32,000 bases of DNA from Vibrio vulnificus CMCP6 (GTDB lineage: Bacteria > Pseudomonadota > Gammaproteobacteria > Enterobacterales > Vibrionaceae). Shown here piece after piece: positions 10,405 to 19,456 of this stretch. A program made the position numbers and the translations under genes. The stretch is from assembly GCF_000039765.1 (NCBI RefSeq), contig NC_004459.3, positions 3,076,104 to 3,108,103 on the forward strand, given 5' to 3'. The notes under the pieces are model-generated. The model searched no databases. It saw only the letters and a program-made list of their open reading frames with translations, and was not told where the DNA came from. Position 1 is the stretch's first letter, and each line of letters opens with the position of its first letter.

Positions 10405-11046
10405 ATGTCTATGTCTGACGAAAGCGCATCAAGCGAAAACCTATCCACAGAGCAAGTAAAAGCTCAGCGACACAAAGAGCGCCAACAAAAAGTGAAAGAG
10501 CAAGTCGACGCTAAAATTGCTCAAGCTCAGGAAGAAAAGGGACTGCTTCTCGTCATTACGGGCAATGGAAAAGGCAAATCAACCTCCGGTTTTGGGACGA
10601 TCGCTCGCGCAGTTGGGCACGGGAAAAAATGCGCCGTCGCTCAGTACATTAAAGGGACTTGGGACAATGGCGAGCGTAATCTTTTAGAAAAACTGGGCGT
10701 TGAGTTTCAAGTGATGGCGACGGGGTTCACTTGGGAAACACAAAACAAGGAAACCGACACTCAAGCCGCTCAAACGGTATGGAAAGAGTGTCAGCGTATG
10801 CTGCAAGACGACTCGATCGATGTGGTGCTCTTTGATGAACTAACCTACATGGTGAGCTATGGCTATATCGAATTAGAAGAGGTGGTTGAAGCGCTCAATA
10901 ACAGACCAAGAATGCAATCGGTCATCATTACTGGACGCGGTGCCCATCGCACTTTGATTGAGATGGCCGATACCGTCTCCGAAGTAAAAAACGTGAAACA
11001 TGCGTTTGAATCCGGTATCAAGGCACTAAAAGGTGTCGACTGGTAA
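10405..11046 (+). CDS. cobO: Cob(I)yrinic acid a,c-diamide / cob(I)alamin adenosyltransferase (CobA/CobO/BtuR type)
   Basis: P-loop TGNGKGKSTSGFG followed by QYIKGTWDNGERNLLE, and a Gln/Lys-rich N-terminal segment as in BtuR. The second ATG at 10411 has better spacing to the AAAGGG Shine-Dalgarno and is an alternative start. Confidence 0.88.
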   Translation: MSMSDESASSENLSTEQVKAQRHKERQQKVKEQVDAKIAQAQEEKGLLLVITGNGKGKSTSGFGTIARAVGHGKKCAVAQYIKGTWDNGERNLLEKLGVEFQVMATGFTWETQNKETDTQAAQTVWKECQRMLQDDSIDVVLFDELTYMVSYGYIELEEVVEALNNRPRMQSVIITGRGAHRTLIEMADTVSEVKNVKHAFESGIKALKGVDW

Positions 11047-11076
11047 TGGAAATGCTTTTCCAGCTCCAATCTATAA

Positions 11077-11101
11077 GCAGGGCGACATGATGTCGCCCTG
11101 C
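11077..11101. terminator. Hairpin between convergent cobO and asmA
   Basis: GCAGGGCGACAtgaTGTCGCCCTGC, an 11-bp stem. A T-rich tract follows on the plus strand only, so this is mainly the cobO terminator. Confidence 0.7.
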
Positions 11102-11117
11102 TCTTTCTATGACTTAG

Positions 11118-13226
11118 CTAGTTAAACAAGCCTTTAAGTAAACCATCGACCGCCTCTTTGGTTTTCTCATCTTTGATCTTATCGGTCAACTTCTCGACTC
11201 CGCGGTCAATCTCTTTTTGGGCTTTTTGCTTTAACACATCATCAAACACCAACTTGAATTTTGGATCCGCCCAACTGCCTGAAATGTTGATAGGAATGGT
11301 CACGTCTCTCAGTTCATCGATGTCCTTACCGCCTTGGCCTTCTAGCGATCCCACAATCGAAGTACTGACCGTAAAATCAACCGTTTGATTGATGTAGTTT
11401 GCTTCTCCTTTCCCACGAATACGCAGTAGCGGAGATTGCATGTGCATGTTATTGGTTGTCACCTTGCCTTTGTTCAACGTCAACGTTGCCGTCATTGAAC
11501 TGAAGTCGGTTTTTTGCACCCCTTCGGTGGCGTCTAACTTTTCACCTTTAATCTTGGCGTAGTTTTCACGAATCATCTGCGCGACGTTAATGCCGTTGAC
11601 AGCACCATCAGCAAAATTGATTTCAACTGTACCGACAAGGTTTTTCTGAATACCGCTTGGCGTTAAGCTTGATCCCTTCACATCAACATCGATATTGCCA
11701 GTACCTTCCAACTTGTCGTTTTGTGCCACGTCCACCAACAGCGGTTGCACCTGAACACCTTTGATGCGCTTTTTCACACTATAGGTAGCGGGTGATCGAC
11801 GTGCATCCAGTTTCGCGCTGGCGTTGATAGAACCTTGATACAGATTGGCATCAAAACGATCTAAAGTCGCGATACCACGGTTCACCGTGAACTTGGTGAT
11901 GACATTTTGCAGCTTGGCATTATTGGCTTTGAACTTATCAATACTCACCTGGCCAATCACATCCAACGTTTTTAAAGCACTTAGGTCAGGCTCAACTTCG
12001 TTGTTTGCCTCTGGATGCGCGTCTTTGTCATTGCTGCTGTTTGTGCTTGCGGTTTCTTGCGATGGCTGCGTTAGGCCGAGAAATTCATCGAGATCAATCT
12101 CTGGGCTGTGCAGTGAAAAGCGTACTTTGGGAATCTCAGCTAACGTCACATCGGCTTTACCATCTAAAGCAATGGCGTTGGCGGTCAGTTTATTAAGCAC
12201 AAGCGATAGATGGCTGCGCGGCACATCAAAGGTCACCTCAGAGCTCATTGCCACCTTCATCGGCGATTGAGGCAGAGATTCCCCATTTAGTTGCGATTCC
12301 AACTGGAATGCCTTCACCATCACGGTGCTGATGGCTGCATCCACATGCAACTGCGCCGAGCCATTGGCCGAAAGATCCATACCGGATGCTTGGCCTTTGA
12401 TTTCAAATGTCAGTGCGTTGTCTTTATCAAACTCGAAGGTGTCCAGCACCAACTTGATGTTATCCATCTTCGTGGCTGGATCGCTAAACTGGCTGTTTAG
12501 CTCAATATTGCGCAGAGCATAAGAAGAGAAATCTTGCGCCAGCTGAAATTCAAGCTTGCCGTTTGCACTGAACTGTTGCTGGTTGTTTTTTCCTTTGGCT
12601 GAAAATTCCGCTTTGGTCCATTGCTTAAAGGCGAACTCTGAAAGTGAGAAATTCACATCATAGAGTTCAAGTGAAGTCCCCGCTTGTCGATCTTGGTTAA
12701 CAAGTTTGGCATTGCTCACCGTGATCCCGGCCAGCTCCATACGCCAGTCTGCCGCTGCGCCAGCTTGCTGTGGAGCATCCGTAGTGGGCTCCGAGCTCAC
12801 CTCTTGCTGAGCCGTTTCTTGTTGCACTTTCTGCTGCTGAGTTAGCGCATCAATATTCTTTTGCCCATCTTTACGCGTCTCTAGATGGAATTCCGCACCA
12901 TCAAGGCGAACATCACCAATTTGCAAGACTTTATCAAGTAGAGGCATCACCGAGATATCGATCCCAACGCTCTCAACTTTAAACAAGTTTTCTTGAGAAA
13001 AGCCCTGAGGATTCTTTAATTCCGTTTTGCCTAGAGAAAAACCAATCGAAGGAAAAAATTGCCATTCAATGTCGCCTTCAATCACCAACTCTAAACCCGT
13101 TTGCTTGGCCACTTGTTCGGTGATCAGCGGTTTAAATTGATTGGGGTTTACTAAGGTCACTAGCGCTATCGCAGCCATCACGACAACCGCGATAGGCGCA
13201 GCCAAAATAAGGAACAGTTTTTTCAT
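11118..13226 (-). CDS. asmA: AsmA-family outer-membrane biogenesis protein
   Basis: A large ORF with an N-terminal signal anchor MKKLFLILAAPIAVVVMAAIALV. It has a long beta-rich Ser/Asn/Gln/Asp-rich periplasmic body and the C-terminal ISGSWADPKF motif typical of AsmA. It is adjacent to udk, as in E. coli. I prefer the ATG at 13226 (AAGGAA upstream) over the track start at 13274. Confidence 0.8.
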   Translation of the reverse strand: MKKLFLILAAPIAVVVMAAIALVTLVNPNQFKPLITEQVAKQTGLELVIEGDIEWQFFPSIGFSLGKTELKNPQGFSQENLFKVESVGIDISVMPLLDKVLQIGDVRLDGAEFHLETRKDGQKNIDALTQQQKVQQETAQQEVSSEPTTDAPQQAGAAADWRMELAGITVSNAKLVNQDRQAGTSLELYDVNFSLSEFAFKQWTKAEFSAKGKNNQQQFSANGKLEFQLAQDFSSYALRNIELNSQFSDPATKMDNIKLVLDTFEFDKDNALTFEIKGQASGMDLSANGSAQLHVDAAISTVMVKAFQLESQLNGESLPQSPMKVAMSSEVTFDVPRSHLSLVLNKLTANAIALDGKADVTLAEIPKVRFSLHSPEIDLDEFLGLTQPSQETASTNSSNDKDAHPEANNEVEPDLSALKTLDVIGQVSIDKFKANNAKLQNVITKFTVNRGIATLDRFDANLYQGSINASAKLDARRSPATYSVKKRIKGVQVQPLLVDVAQNDKLEGTGNIDVDVKGSSLTPSGIQKNLVGTVEINFADGAVNGINVAQMIRENYAKIKGEKLDATEGVQKTDFSSMTATLTLNKGKVTTNNMHMQSPLLRIRGKGEANYINQTVDFTVSTSIVGSLEGQGGKDIDELRDVTIPINISGSWADPKFKLVFDDVLKQKAQKEIDRGVEKLTDKIKDEKTKEAVDGLLKGLFN

Positions 13227-13297
13227 ATGCGTATTCCTTTGCATCAAGAGTTGAGACAAGAACAGAGAAAACACGTATTTTACGCGGTTCTTGCTGC

Positions 13298-13332
13298 AAA
13301 AAAAGAAAGTGGCACCTAAAGTGCCACTTTCT
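13298..13332 (-). terminator. udk terminator
   Basis: AGAAAGTGGCACctaaaGTGCCACTTTCT, a 12-bp stem. On the minus strand it is followed by a 7-T run. It lies 36 nt downstream of the udk stop. Confidence 0.88.
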
Positions 13333-13367
13333 TAATTAAAAATAAAGCTCGCTGACAAGACAATGAC

Positions 13368-14009
13368 TTAAGCTTTCAATAGTTTTGCAATGTGCGCTTT
13401 CAGTACGTCAATCGCGATGCGGTTTTTACCACCACGAGGAACGATGATATCTGCGTACTGTTTAGACGGTTCAATAAACTGCATAAACATTGGGCGAACT
13501 GTTTTTTGATACTGTTTGAGTACCGATTCCATCGTACGACCACGCTCTTCCACATCGCGTTTCACACGGCGAAGTAGACAAATATCCAGTGGCGTGTCCA
13601 TAAACACTGTCGCATGCATCAAATCACGCAGACGAGGATCCGTCAGAAGCAGGATGCCTTCAAGAATGATCACCTTCTTTGGTGTCATAGTGGTGGTGTT
13701 TTCAGTACGAGTGTGCTCCGTGTAGCTGTATTCAGGTACTTCAACCGACTCGCCTTTCATTAACTTTTCTAAGTGTTCACAAAGAAGATCGTGATCAAGT
13801 GCATTCGGGTGGTCATAGTTCGTTTTAACGCGCTCTTCCATACTCAGATGGCTTTGGTCGTTATAGTAGCAATCTTCCGTAATCACACCGATTTGATGGT
13901 CTCCCACCTTTGCACGTAGTTCGTTATAAATCGTACTGGCGATGAGGCTTTTACCAGAAGCAGAAGCGCCAGCAATACCGACGATGACGCATTGACTTTT
14001 TTCAGACAT
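13368..14009 (-). CDS. udk: Uridine kinase
   Basis: [26 protein letters not shown]... is colinear with E. coli Udk as I remember it (213 aa). The track's extra 3 codons come from an upstream GTG. Confidence 0.95.
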   Translation of the reverse strand: MSEKSQCVIVGIAGASASGKSLIASTIYNELRAKVGDHQIGVITEDCYYNDQSHLSMEERVKTNYDHPNALDHDLLCEHLEKLMKGESVEVPEYSYTEHTRTENTTTMTPKKVIILEGILLLTDPRLRDLMHATVFMDTPLDICLLRRVKRDVEERGRTMESVLKQYQKTVRPMFMQFIEPSKQYADIIVPRGGKNRIAIDVLKAHIAKLLKA

Positions 14010-14140
14010 TAGTTGCACCCGATGATGATTTTTTGCAGTGGGAATAAGATAAACCGCCTGATTATAAGGAGTTCACTCATTAGATACTAGTCGCTTTTCC
14101 CAGTTTCGTGGTGCATTGTGTGTACTACGAAGAATAATAA

Positions 14141-14162
14141 ACCAGGCAAACGTTTACCTGGT
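14141..14162 (-). terminator. Possible apbC terminator hairpin
   Basis: ACCAGGCAAAcgTTTACCTGGT, an imperfect stem with one mismatch. On the minus strand a T-rich tract follows (ttattattcttc). It lies 30 nt after the apbC stop. Confidence 0.4.
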
Positions 14163-14191
14163 CATTATTTATTCTTTAACTCGTAATAAAA

Positions 14192-15271
14192 TCATCCGTC
14201 TATACGGGTAAACAGGATCGTTTCAGGCTTTGCCTTACCATTCCAATACATCGAACTGCATATCTGCAAAGCAAGCTGACGGTATATTCTGCCGTGCTCG
14301 CTGTCTGGCCTTGCGACCACCGTTGGCACACCCGAGTCGAGATCTTCACGAACGCTGATATGCAACGGCACTTGCGCCAACAAAGATAAGCCAAACTGTT
14401 GCGCCATCTGTACCGCGCCGCCTTGACCAAAAATGTGCTCTTTGGCACCGCATTGACTGCAAATATGGTAACTCATGTTTTCTACAATCCCTGCCACGGG
14501 AACACCGATCTTTTCAAACATCGCGGCGCCCTTCTTCGCATCGGCTAACGCCAGATCCTGCGGAGTGGTAACGATAACACTGGTAGTAACGGGAATTTGC
14601 TGTGAAAGAGTTAACTGAATATCCCCAGTGCCGGGAGGCATATCGATCACTAAATAATCCAAATCTGGCCACTCAGTTTCATTCAGTAATTGAGAGAGCG
14701 CTTTTGATGCCATAGGTCCACGCCAAATGGCGGCTTCATTCTTATCCACCAAGTAACCAATAGAGTTGGTGTAGATGCCGTGCGCGAGGATCGGCTGCAT
14801 CCATTTGCCGTCACGAACATCCGGTCTTTGATCGACACTCCCCAGCATGATAGGCAAAGAAGGTCCGTAGATATCCGCGTCTAGCAATCCCACCTTTGCG
14901 CCTTGAGAAGCGATCGCTAGTGCCAAATTCACCGCTGTGGTTGATTTACCCACACCGCCTTTAGCGGACGTGACGGCAATAATATTCTTAACCCCACGAA
15001 CAGACTGAGAAACTTGAGTTTCTAACGCCTTAACTTGCTGACCTACCGTGAAAGCAAACGGTGGAACCGCACCACGCTGCTGTTGCTGAACAATCCACTC
15101 GCTGAGCGCGTCTTGAAGTTGCTGGGCAGCAAATGGGAGCTGAATGGCGAAAGTGCCATCGGCTTGAACCATCACAACACCATGCACTTCGCTCCATCGT
15201 GGAGCTAACGTTTCGTGCTCAAACTGATTCAACCAATGACAAAAATCTTGTTTAGAAGTGAACTGATGCAT
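14192..15271 (-). CDS. apbC: Iron-sulfur cluster carrier ATPase ApbC/Mrp
   Basis: A 359-aa ORF with the deviant Walker A SAKGGVGKSTTAVNLA and the CxxC motif CSQCG. A strong Shine-Dalgarno GGAGGAG is present. It is divergent from metG, as in E. coli. Confidence 0.92.
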   Translation of the reverse strand: MHQFTSKQDFCHWLNQFEHETLAPRWSEVHGVVMVQADGTFAIQLPFAAQQLQDALSEWIVQQQQRGAVPPFAFTVGQQVKALETQVSQSVRGVKNIIAVTSAKGGVGKSTTAVNLALAIASQGAKVGLLDADIYGPSLPIMLGSVDQRPDVRDGKWMQPILAHGIYTNSIGYLVDKNEAAIWRGPMASKALSQLLNETEWPDLDYLVIDMPPGTGDIQLTLSQQIPVTTSVIVTTPQDLALADAKKGAAMFEKIGVPVAGIVENMSYHICSQCGAKEHIFGQGGAVQMAQQFGLSLLAQVPLHISVREDLDSGVPTVVARPDSEHGRIYRQLALQICSSMYWNGKAKPETILFTRIDG

Positions 15272-15427
15272 AACTCCTCCTTTTTCGACATCCTATCACC
15301 GAGTCTTGTCTGACTGAACCCCAAAAAAACCAGGTGATTATCCTTGTCAGCACCTTGGACTTAAAGGTTTCCTGAGTTAGTATTACCAATCAATTTTTAT
15401 ACCTATCGAGATAAGCGAATATTAAGT

Positions 15428-17500
15428 ATGGCAAACGATCCAAGAAACTTTCCCCAAAGGAAATTGCTGGTAACTTGTGCCCTTCCGTACGCTAACGGTT
15501 CGATCCACCTTGGCCATATGCTTGAGCATATCCAAGCGGACATTTGGGTTCGTTACCAACGCCTACGCGGCAACATTGTAAACTTCATCTGTGCTGACGA
15601 CGCTCACGGCACGCCAATTATGCTTAAAGCGCAACAGATGGGTATGTCTCCAGAAGAGATGATTGCTGCGGTGAGCATCGAGCACCAAAAAGATTTCGCT
15701 GGCTTTGATATTAGTTTCGATAACTATCACAGCACGCATTCCGATGAGAACCGTGAGCTGGCGTCTCACATTTATCTGCAACTGAAAAAAAATGGCTTTA
15801 TTTCAAGCCGTACTATTTCTCAGTTGTTCGACCCTGAAAAAGAGATGTTCCTACCCGATCGTTTCGTGAAGGGAACGTGTCCGAAGTGTAAGTCTGAAGA
15901 TCAATACGGCGACAACTGCGATGCTTGTGGCGAAACCTACAGCCCAACAGAATTGATCAATCCAAAATCTGCCGTCTCAGGCGCAACGCCAGTGATGAAA
16001 GATTCAGAGCACTTCTTCTTCGACCTGCCTCAGTTTGAAAGCATGCTAAAAGAGTGGACTCGCTCTGGCTCTCTGCAAACTGAAACCGCAAATAAAATGC
16101 AAGAATGGTTTGAGTCTGGTCTGCAGCAGTGGGATATCTCACGTGATGCACCTTACTTCGGTTTTGAAATTCCAGGCGAAAAAGACAAGTTTTTCTACGT
16201 TTGGCTAGATGCGCCAATCGGCTACATGGGTTCATTCAAAAACCTATGTGATAAGCGTGATGATCTTGATTTTGATGAATACTGGAATAAAGACAGTAAA
16301 ACAGAACTTTACCACTTCATCGGTAAAGACATCGTTTACTTCCACAGCCTGTTCTGGCCAGCAATGCTAGACGGCTCTGGCTTCCGTAAGCCAAACAACG
16401 TTTTTGTTCACGGCTACGTAACCGTAAATGGTGCGAAGATGTCGAAGTCTAAAGGTACATTCGTGAAAGCGAGCACTTACCTTGAGCACCTTGATCCAGA
16501 GTGTCTGCGTTACTACTACGCAGCGAAGCTAAACAGCCGCATTGATGACCTAGACCTTAACCTTGAAGACTTTACTCAGCGCGTAAACGCTGACGTCGTA
16601 AACAAGATTGTTAACCTAGCATCGCGTAATGCGGGCTTCATTGCGAAACGCTTTGAAGGCAAGCTCGCTGAAAACTTCGTCGAGCCAGAGCTTTACAACG
16701 AATTTGTTGCCGCAGCAGACCGTATTGCTGAACTTTACGAAGCGCGTGAGTTCGGTCGTGCGATCCGTGAACTCACCGCGTTGGCGGACAAAGCTAACCA
16801 ATACGTTGATGAAAAAGCGCCTTGGGTTGTGGCAAAACAAGAAGGCAAAGATCAGGAACTTCAGGAAATCTGTTCTGTTGGTATTAACCTGTTCCGCGTT
16901 CTAATGACTTACTTGAAGCCAGTTATGCCTGCTCTTGCAGCTCGCACTGAAGCCTTCTTGAATGAAGAGCTAACCTGGGAAGGTGTTGCTCAGCCATTAA
17001 CAGCACACGAAATTACTGCGTTTAAAGCGCTATTCAATCGTATCGATCCGAAAAACATCGAAGCCATGATTGAAGCATCAAAAGAAGATGCGGCGGCTGA
17101 AATGGCGGCAAAAGAGAAAGCAGAAGCCTCTAATGCAGCTCAAGAGACCGAGCTAAGCAAAGATCCCATTGCCGAAGAAATTGAGTTTGATGACTTCGCG
17201 AAAGTGGACCTTCGTATTGCCAAAATCGTTTCTTGTGAATCGGTGCCAAAAGCTGACAAACTGTTGAAATTCCAATTGGATATCGGCGGTGAAATGCGTC
17301 AAGTCTTCTCTGGTATCAAAGCGGCGTACAATCCTGAAGATCTTGTCGGCAAGTACACAGTGGTTGTGGCAAACTTGAAACCACGTAAGATGAAGTTTGG
17401 TATGTCTGAGGGCATGATCCTAGCGGCAGGCCCTGGTGGCAAAGATCTTTGGATCCTTGAACCACATGAAGGCGCGCAGCCAGGCATGCGCGTGATGTAA
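15428..17500 (+). CDS. metG: Methionine-tRNA ligase
   Basis: A 690-aa ORF with the HIGH motif ([13 protein letters not shown]), the KMSKS motif, the zinc knuckle [18 protein letters not shown], and a C-terminal tRNA-binding (EMAPII-like) domain. Confidence 0.98.
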   Translation: MANDPRNFPQRKLLVTCALPYANGSIHLGHMLEHIQADIWVRYQRLRGNIVNFICADDAHGTPIMLKAQQMGMSPEEMIAAVSIEHQKDFAGFDISFDNYHSTHSDENRELASHIYLQLKKNGFISSRTISQLFDPEKEMFLPDRFVKGTCPKCKSEDQYGDNCDACGETYSPTELINPKSAVSGATPVMKDSEHFFFDLPQFESMLKEWTRSGSLQTETANKMQEWFESGLQQWDISRDAPYFGFEIPGEKDKFFYVWLDAPIGYMGSFKNLCDKRDDLDFDEYWNKDSKTELYHFIGKDIVYFHSLFWPAMLDGSGFRKPNNVFVHGYVTVNGAKMSKSKGTFVKASTYLEHLDPECLRYYYAAKLNSRIDDLDLNLEDFTQRVNADVVNKIVNLASRNAGFIAKRFEGKLAENFVEPELYNEFVAAADRIAELYEAREFGRAIRELTALADKANQYVDEKAPWVVAKQEGKDQELQEICSVGINLFRVLMTYLKPVMPALAARTEAFLNEELTWEGVAQPLTAHEITAFKALFNRIDPKNIEAMIEASKEDAAAEMAAKEKAEASNAAQETELSKDPIAEEIEFDDFAKVDLRIAKIVSCESVPKADKLLKFQLDIGGEMRQVFSGIKAAYNPEDLVGKYTVVVANLKPRKMKFGMSEGMILAAGPGGKDLWILEPHEGAQPGMRVM

Positions 17501-17520
17501 TTCAACGCTTCAATCTTTCA

Positions 17521-17547
17521 AAGCCCTGCACCCGCAGGGCTTTTTTG
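17521..17547 (+). terminator. metG terminator
   Basis: GCCCTGCacccGCAGGGC followed by TTTTTT, 20 nt after the stop. Confidence 0.9.
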
Positions 17548-17815
17548 TGCCCAAAATCACACTATTAGTGCATTTGATGCACCAAATTAACCATAGACTC
17601 AAATCAGAATATTTCATCTCATTGTTTTGTAAAGAGATTTAATATGGCATTAAAACTGCTCCTACTATGCCATGCCCAAGCCAGTTGCTACTGCTGGTCG
17701 ATAGAGTATGAGTGATTCTCCTTACGCATAGTGAGCTTTTGTCGTAGAGAAACACAACGCACCGCAGTAGATCCAACACGGAAGGGCTGAGTATCATGCA
17801 TACAAGGAGTCTGCT

Positions 17816-18628
17816 ATGTTCGTTCTACTCTCATCTCTCATTTCAATAGCAATCTTGCTCGTACTGTTTTATCTCTCCCACAAACGAGAGCGTCAACAAG
17901 AGCAAAAATATCAAGTGATCAGCACACTACGCGAGATTGTGCAGCTTTTGAGACAGCATCGTAGCGCAACCCACTTGAGCCTTTTGTATAAACAAGTGCA
18001 CTCTAGCGAAATCCATCATACCCAAACGGAAGTACTGGCCAAATGCCAAGCACTGATCGAGCTTGCTTCAGGAGAAAGCAAGCCGTTGTATCGGATTTTA
18101 CTCAGTCAATATCAAACTCTGTTCTCACAGTGGCAGGAACAGAGCATTGCCAAGAATCAGTTTTTGCACGGCAAAATGCTGCGCCACACATTGTTTCTTG
18201 TCGATGAAACGACCGTGGCTTGGCTAGCGGAATCTGAGCGCGACGAATTAATTGATGAGTATCATTGTCATTGGCAGGTGATCATTGAAAATCTCGATGC
18301 ATTGACGCAATTGCGTATTGCTATTCAAGACTTACATCAACCACAAGGAAGGGAACGCTTTGCCCATTGTGCTCAGCGCATGGTTAGGCGCTTAAATCAG
18401 CTCACTTTGCTTAGCCCTTATCACATTGCAGCCCCTGCGAGCGTCGAAGTCATACGCGAGCTAGAGATGTACGCTAGCTTGCAGCAGGAAAAATTGAATA
18501 AGGCTAATGCCTATGAACTAACCTCGCTCATCTCAGCCACTATTTTCCGTTGCTACGATGAGATGCTGGATGAAATGATTGAAAGCCTCTACTTGCCGTT
18601 ACCCAAATTAGCACTACGTTTTACCTAG
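17816..18628 (+). CDS. Hypothetical single-pass membrane protein with an all-helical cytoplasmic domain (possible distant NIT-like nitrate/nitrite-sensing fold)
   Basis: A 270-aa ORF with a good Shine-Dalgarno (AAGGAG 7 nt upstream of the ATG). The N-terminal TM helix FVLLSSLISIAILLVLFYL is followed by HKRERQQEQK (positive-inside). A terminator lies downstream. No catalytic or DNA-binding motif is recognisable. The motifs IVQLLRQHRSATHLSL and KMLRHTLFLV resemble NIT-domain signatures from memory only. Confidence 0.7.
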   Translation: MFVLLSSLISIAILLVLFYLSHKRERQQEQKYQVISTLREIVQLLRQHRSATHLSLLYKQVHSSEIHHTQTEVLAKCQALIELASGESKPLYRILLSQYQTLFSQWQEQSIAKNQFLHGKMLRHTLFLVDETTVAWLAESERDELIDEYHCHWQVIIENLDALTQLRIAIQDLHQPQGRERFAHCAQRMVRRLNQLTLLSPYHIAAPASVEVIRELEMYASLQQEKLNKANAYELTSLISATIFRCYDEMLDEMIESLYLPLPKLALRFT

Positions 18629-18676
18629 CGTGCACTTGCTGCGAAGGACAAATGCACCTACGGGATGCTGAGAAAC

Positions 18677-18707
18677 AAAAAACCTCAAACATGGTTTGAG
18701 GTTTTTT
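18677..18707. terminator. Bidirectional rho-independent terminator
   Basis: aaaaaaCCTCAAACatgGTTTGAGGtttttt, symmetric A and T flanks. It serves the plus-strand orphan gene and the minus-strand nrf operon (or small ORF). Confidence 0.85.
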
Positions 18708-18725
18708 GTTTAAATTCGTTTGCTT

Positions 18726-18902
18726 TTAATGTGTTTGGCTTTTCTTCCAAACCACCAATTCAATCCATAGCGCTTCAAGTTCACTGATTTCTTCTTCTGT
18801 GAGTAAAGCAAGTGTTGAAGTCGTATGCGACGATGCACTTGATTGCAGTGAATAAATTTGCGAATAAAAATCCTTTTTTAATTGCGTCTTAATTGTATCC
18901 AC
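18726..18902 (-). CDS. Possible 58-aa small protein (unannotated-size ORF) at the distal end of the nrf operon
   Basis: My translation from the GTG at 18902 is (M)DTIKTQLKKDFYSQIYSLQSSASSHTTSTLALLTEEEISELEALWIELVVWKKSQTH-stop. It ends 19 nt before the terminator hairpin. It is below the ORF-track length cutoff, has only a weak Shine-Dalgarno, has GTG as its only start, and I recognise no homolog. Confidence 0.25.
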   Translation of the reverse strand: MDTIKTQLKKDFYSQIYSLQSSASSHTTSTLALLTEEEISELEALWIELVVWKKSQTH

Positions 18903-19018
18903 TCTGATTACCCGTCAGTAAACCTACAATAACTGAATTAACTATTTCATATAATTTTCAAAAATGATAACAGCTTGCATGATAATTGCACAATTAATTG
19001 CTTATTATGGAATAATTG

Positions 19019-19456
19019 TCACATTCTTTTTGTGTGAATATTTCGGATCGAAATAACAAAGAAAATGATCAAAATAACGACAGGAAAGATCCAAAGTAAT
19101 AATGTACTGCTATTTATTGGCGGATTATATAACACCATATTGCCATATCGGCTGGTCATAAAGTCCACCACTTCTTGATCGCTTTTCCCATCATTTATTT
19201 GGCTATACACAATAAAACGCAGATCTCGAGCCACTTGCGCATTCGACTCGAGGAGATTCTGATTCTGGCATTGGGGGCAGCGCAATTCCTTGGATAAACG
19301 TATTGCTCTCTCTTGCAGATCGACACTATGAAACTGAAACAAATCAACGTGATTAGAGCTTGTATTCTCGTTCTGTGCCTGACTAGAGAAAGAGACAAAA
19401 GCGACGAATAAGACGAGCCATGTCGATAATAATGTTCTATTTAAAATACGTAGCAA
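19019..19456 (-). CDS. nrfF: Cytochrome c nitrite reductase heme-lyase subunit NrfF (CcmH-like)
   Basis: It has a signal peptide, the LRCPQCQNQNLLESNAQVARDLR motif (CcmH/NrfF CPxC), and a C-terminal TM helix. The only canonical start is the TTG at 19456, which overlaps the upstream gene by 20 nt. Confidence 0.85.
   Translation of the reverse strand: MLRILNRTLLSTWLVLFVAFVSFSSQAQNENTSSNHVDLFQFHSVDLQERAIRLSKELRCPQCQNQNLLESNAQVARDLRFIVYSQINDGKSDQEVVDFMTSRYGNMVLYNPPINSSTLLLWIFPVVILIIFFVISIRNIHTKRM

Noticed and set aside
11845-12522. Several plus-strand ORFs (141, 63, 69 and 65 aa) antisense to asmA
   Set aside because: They are fully embedded in a well-supported long asmA frame. They have no ribosome-binding sites and no recognisable motifs.
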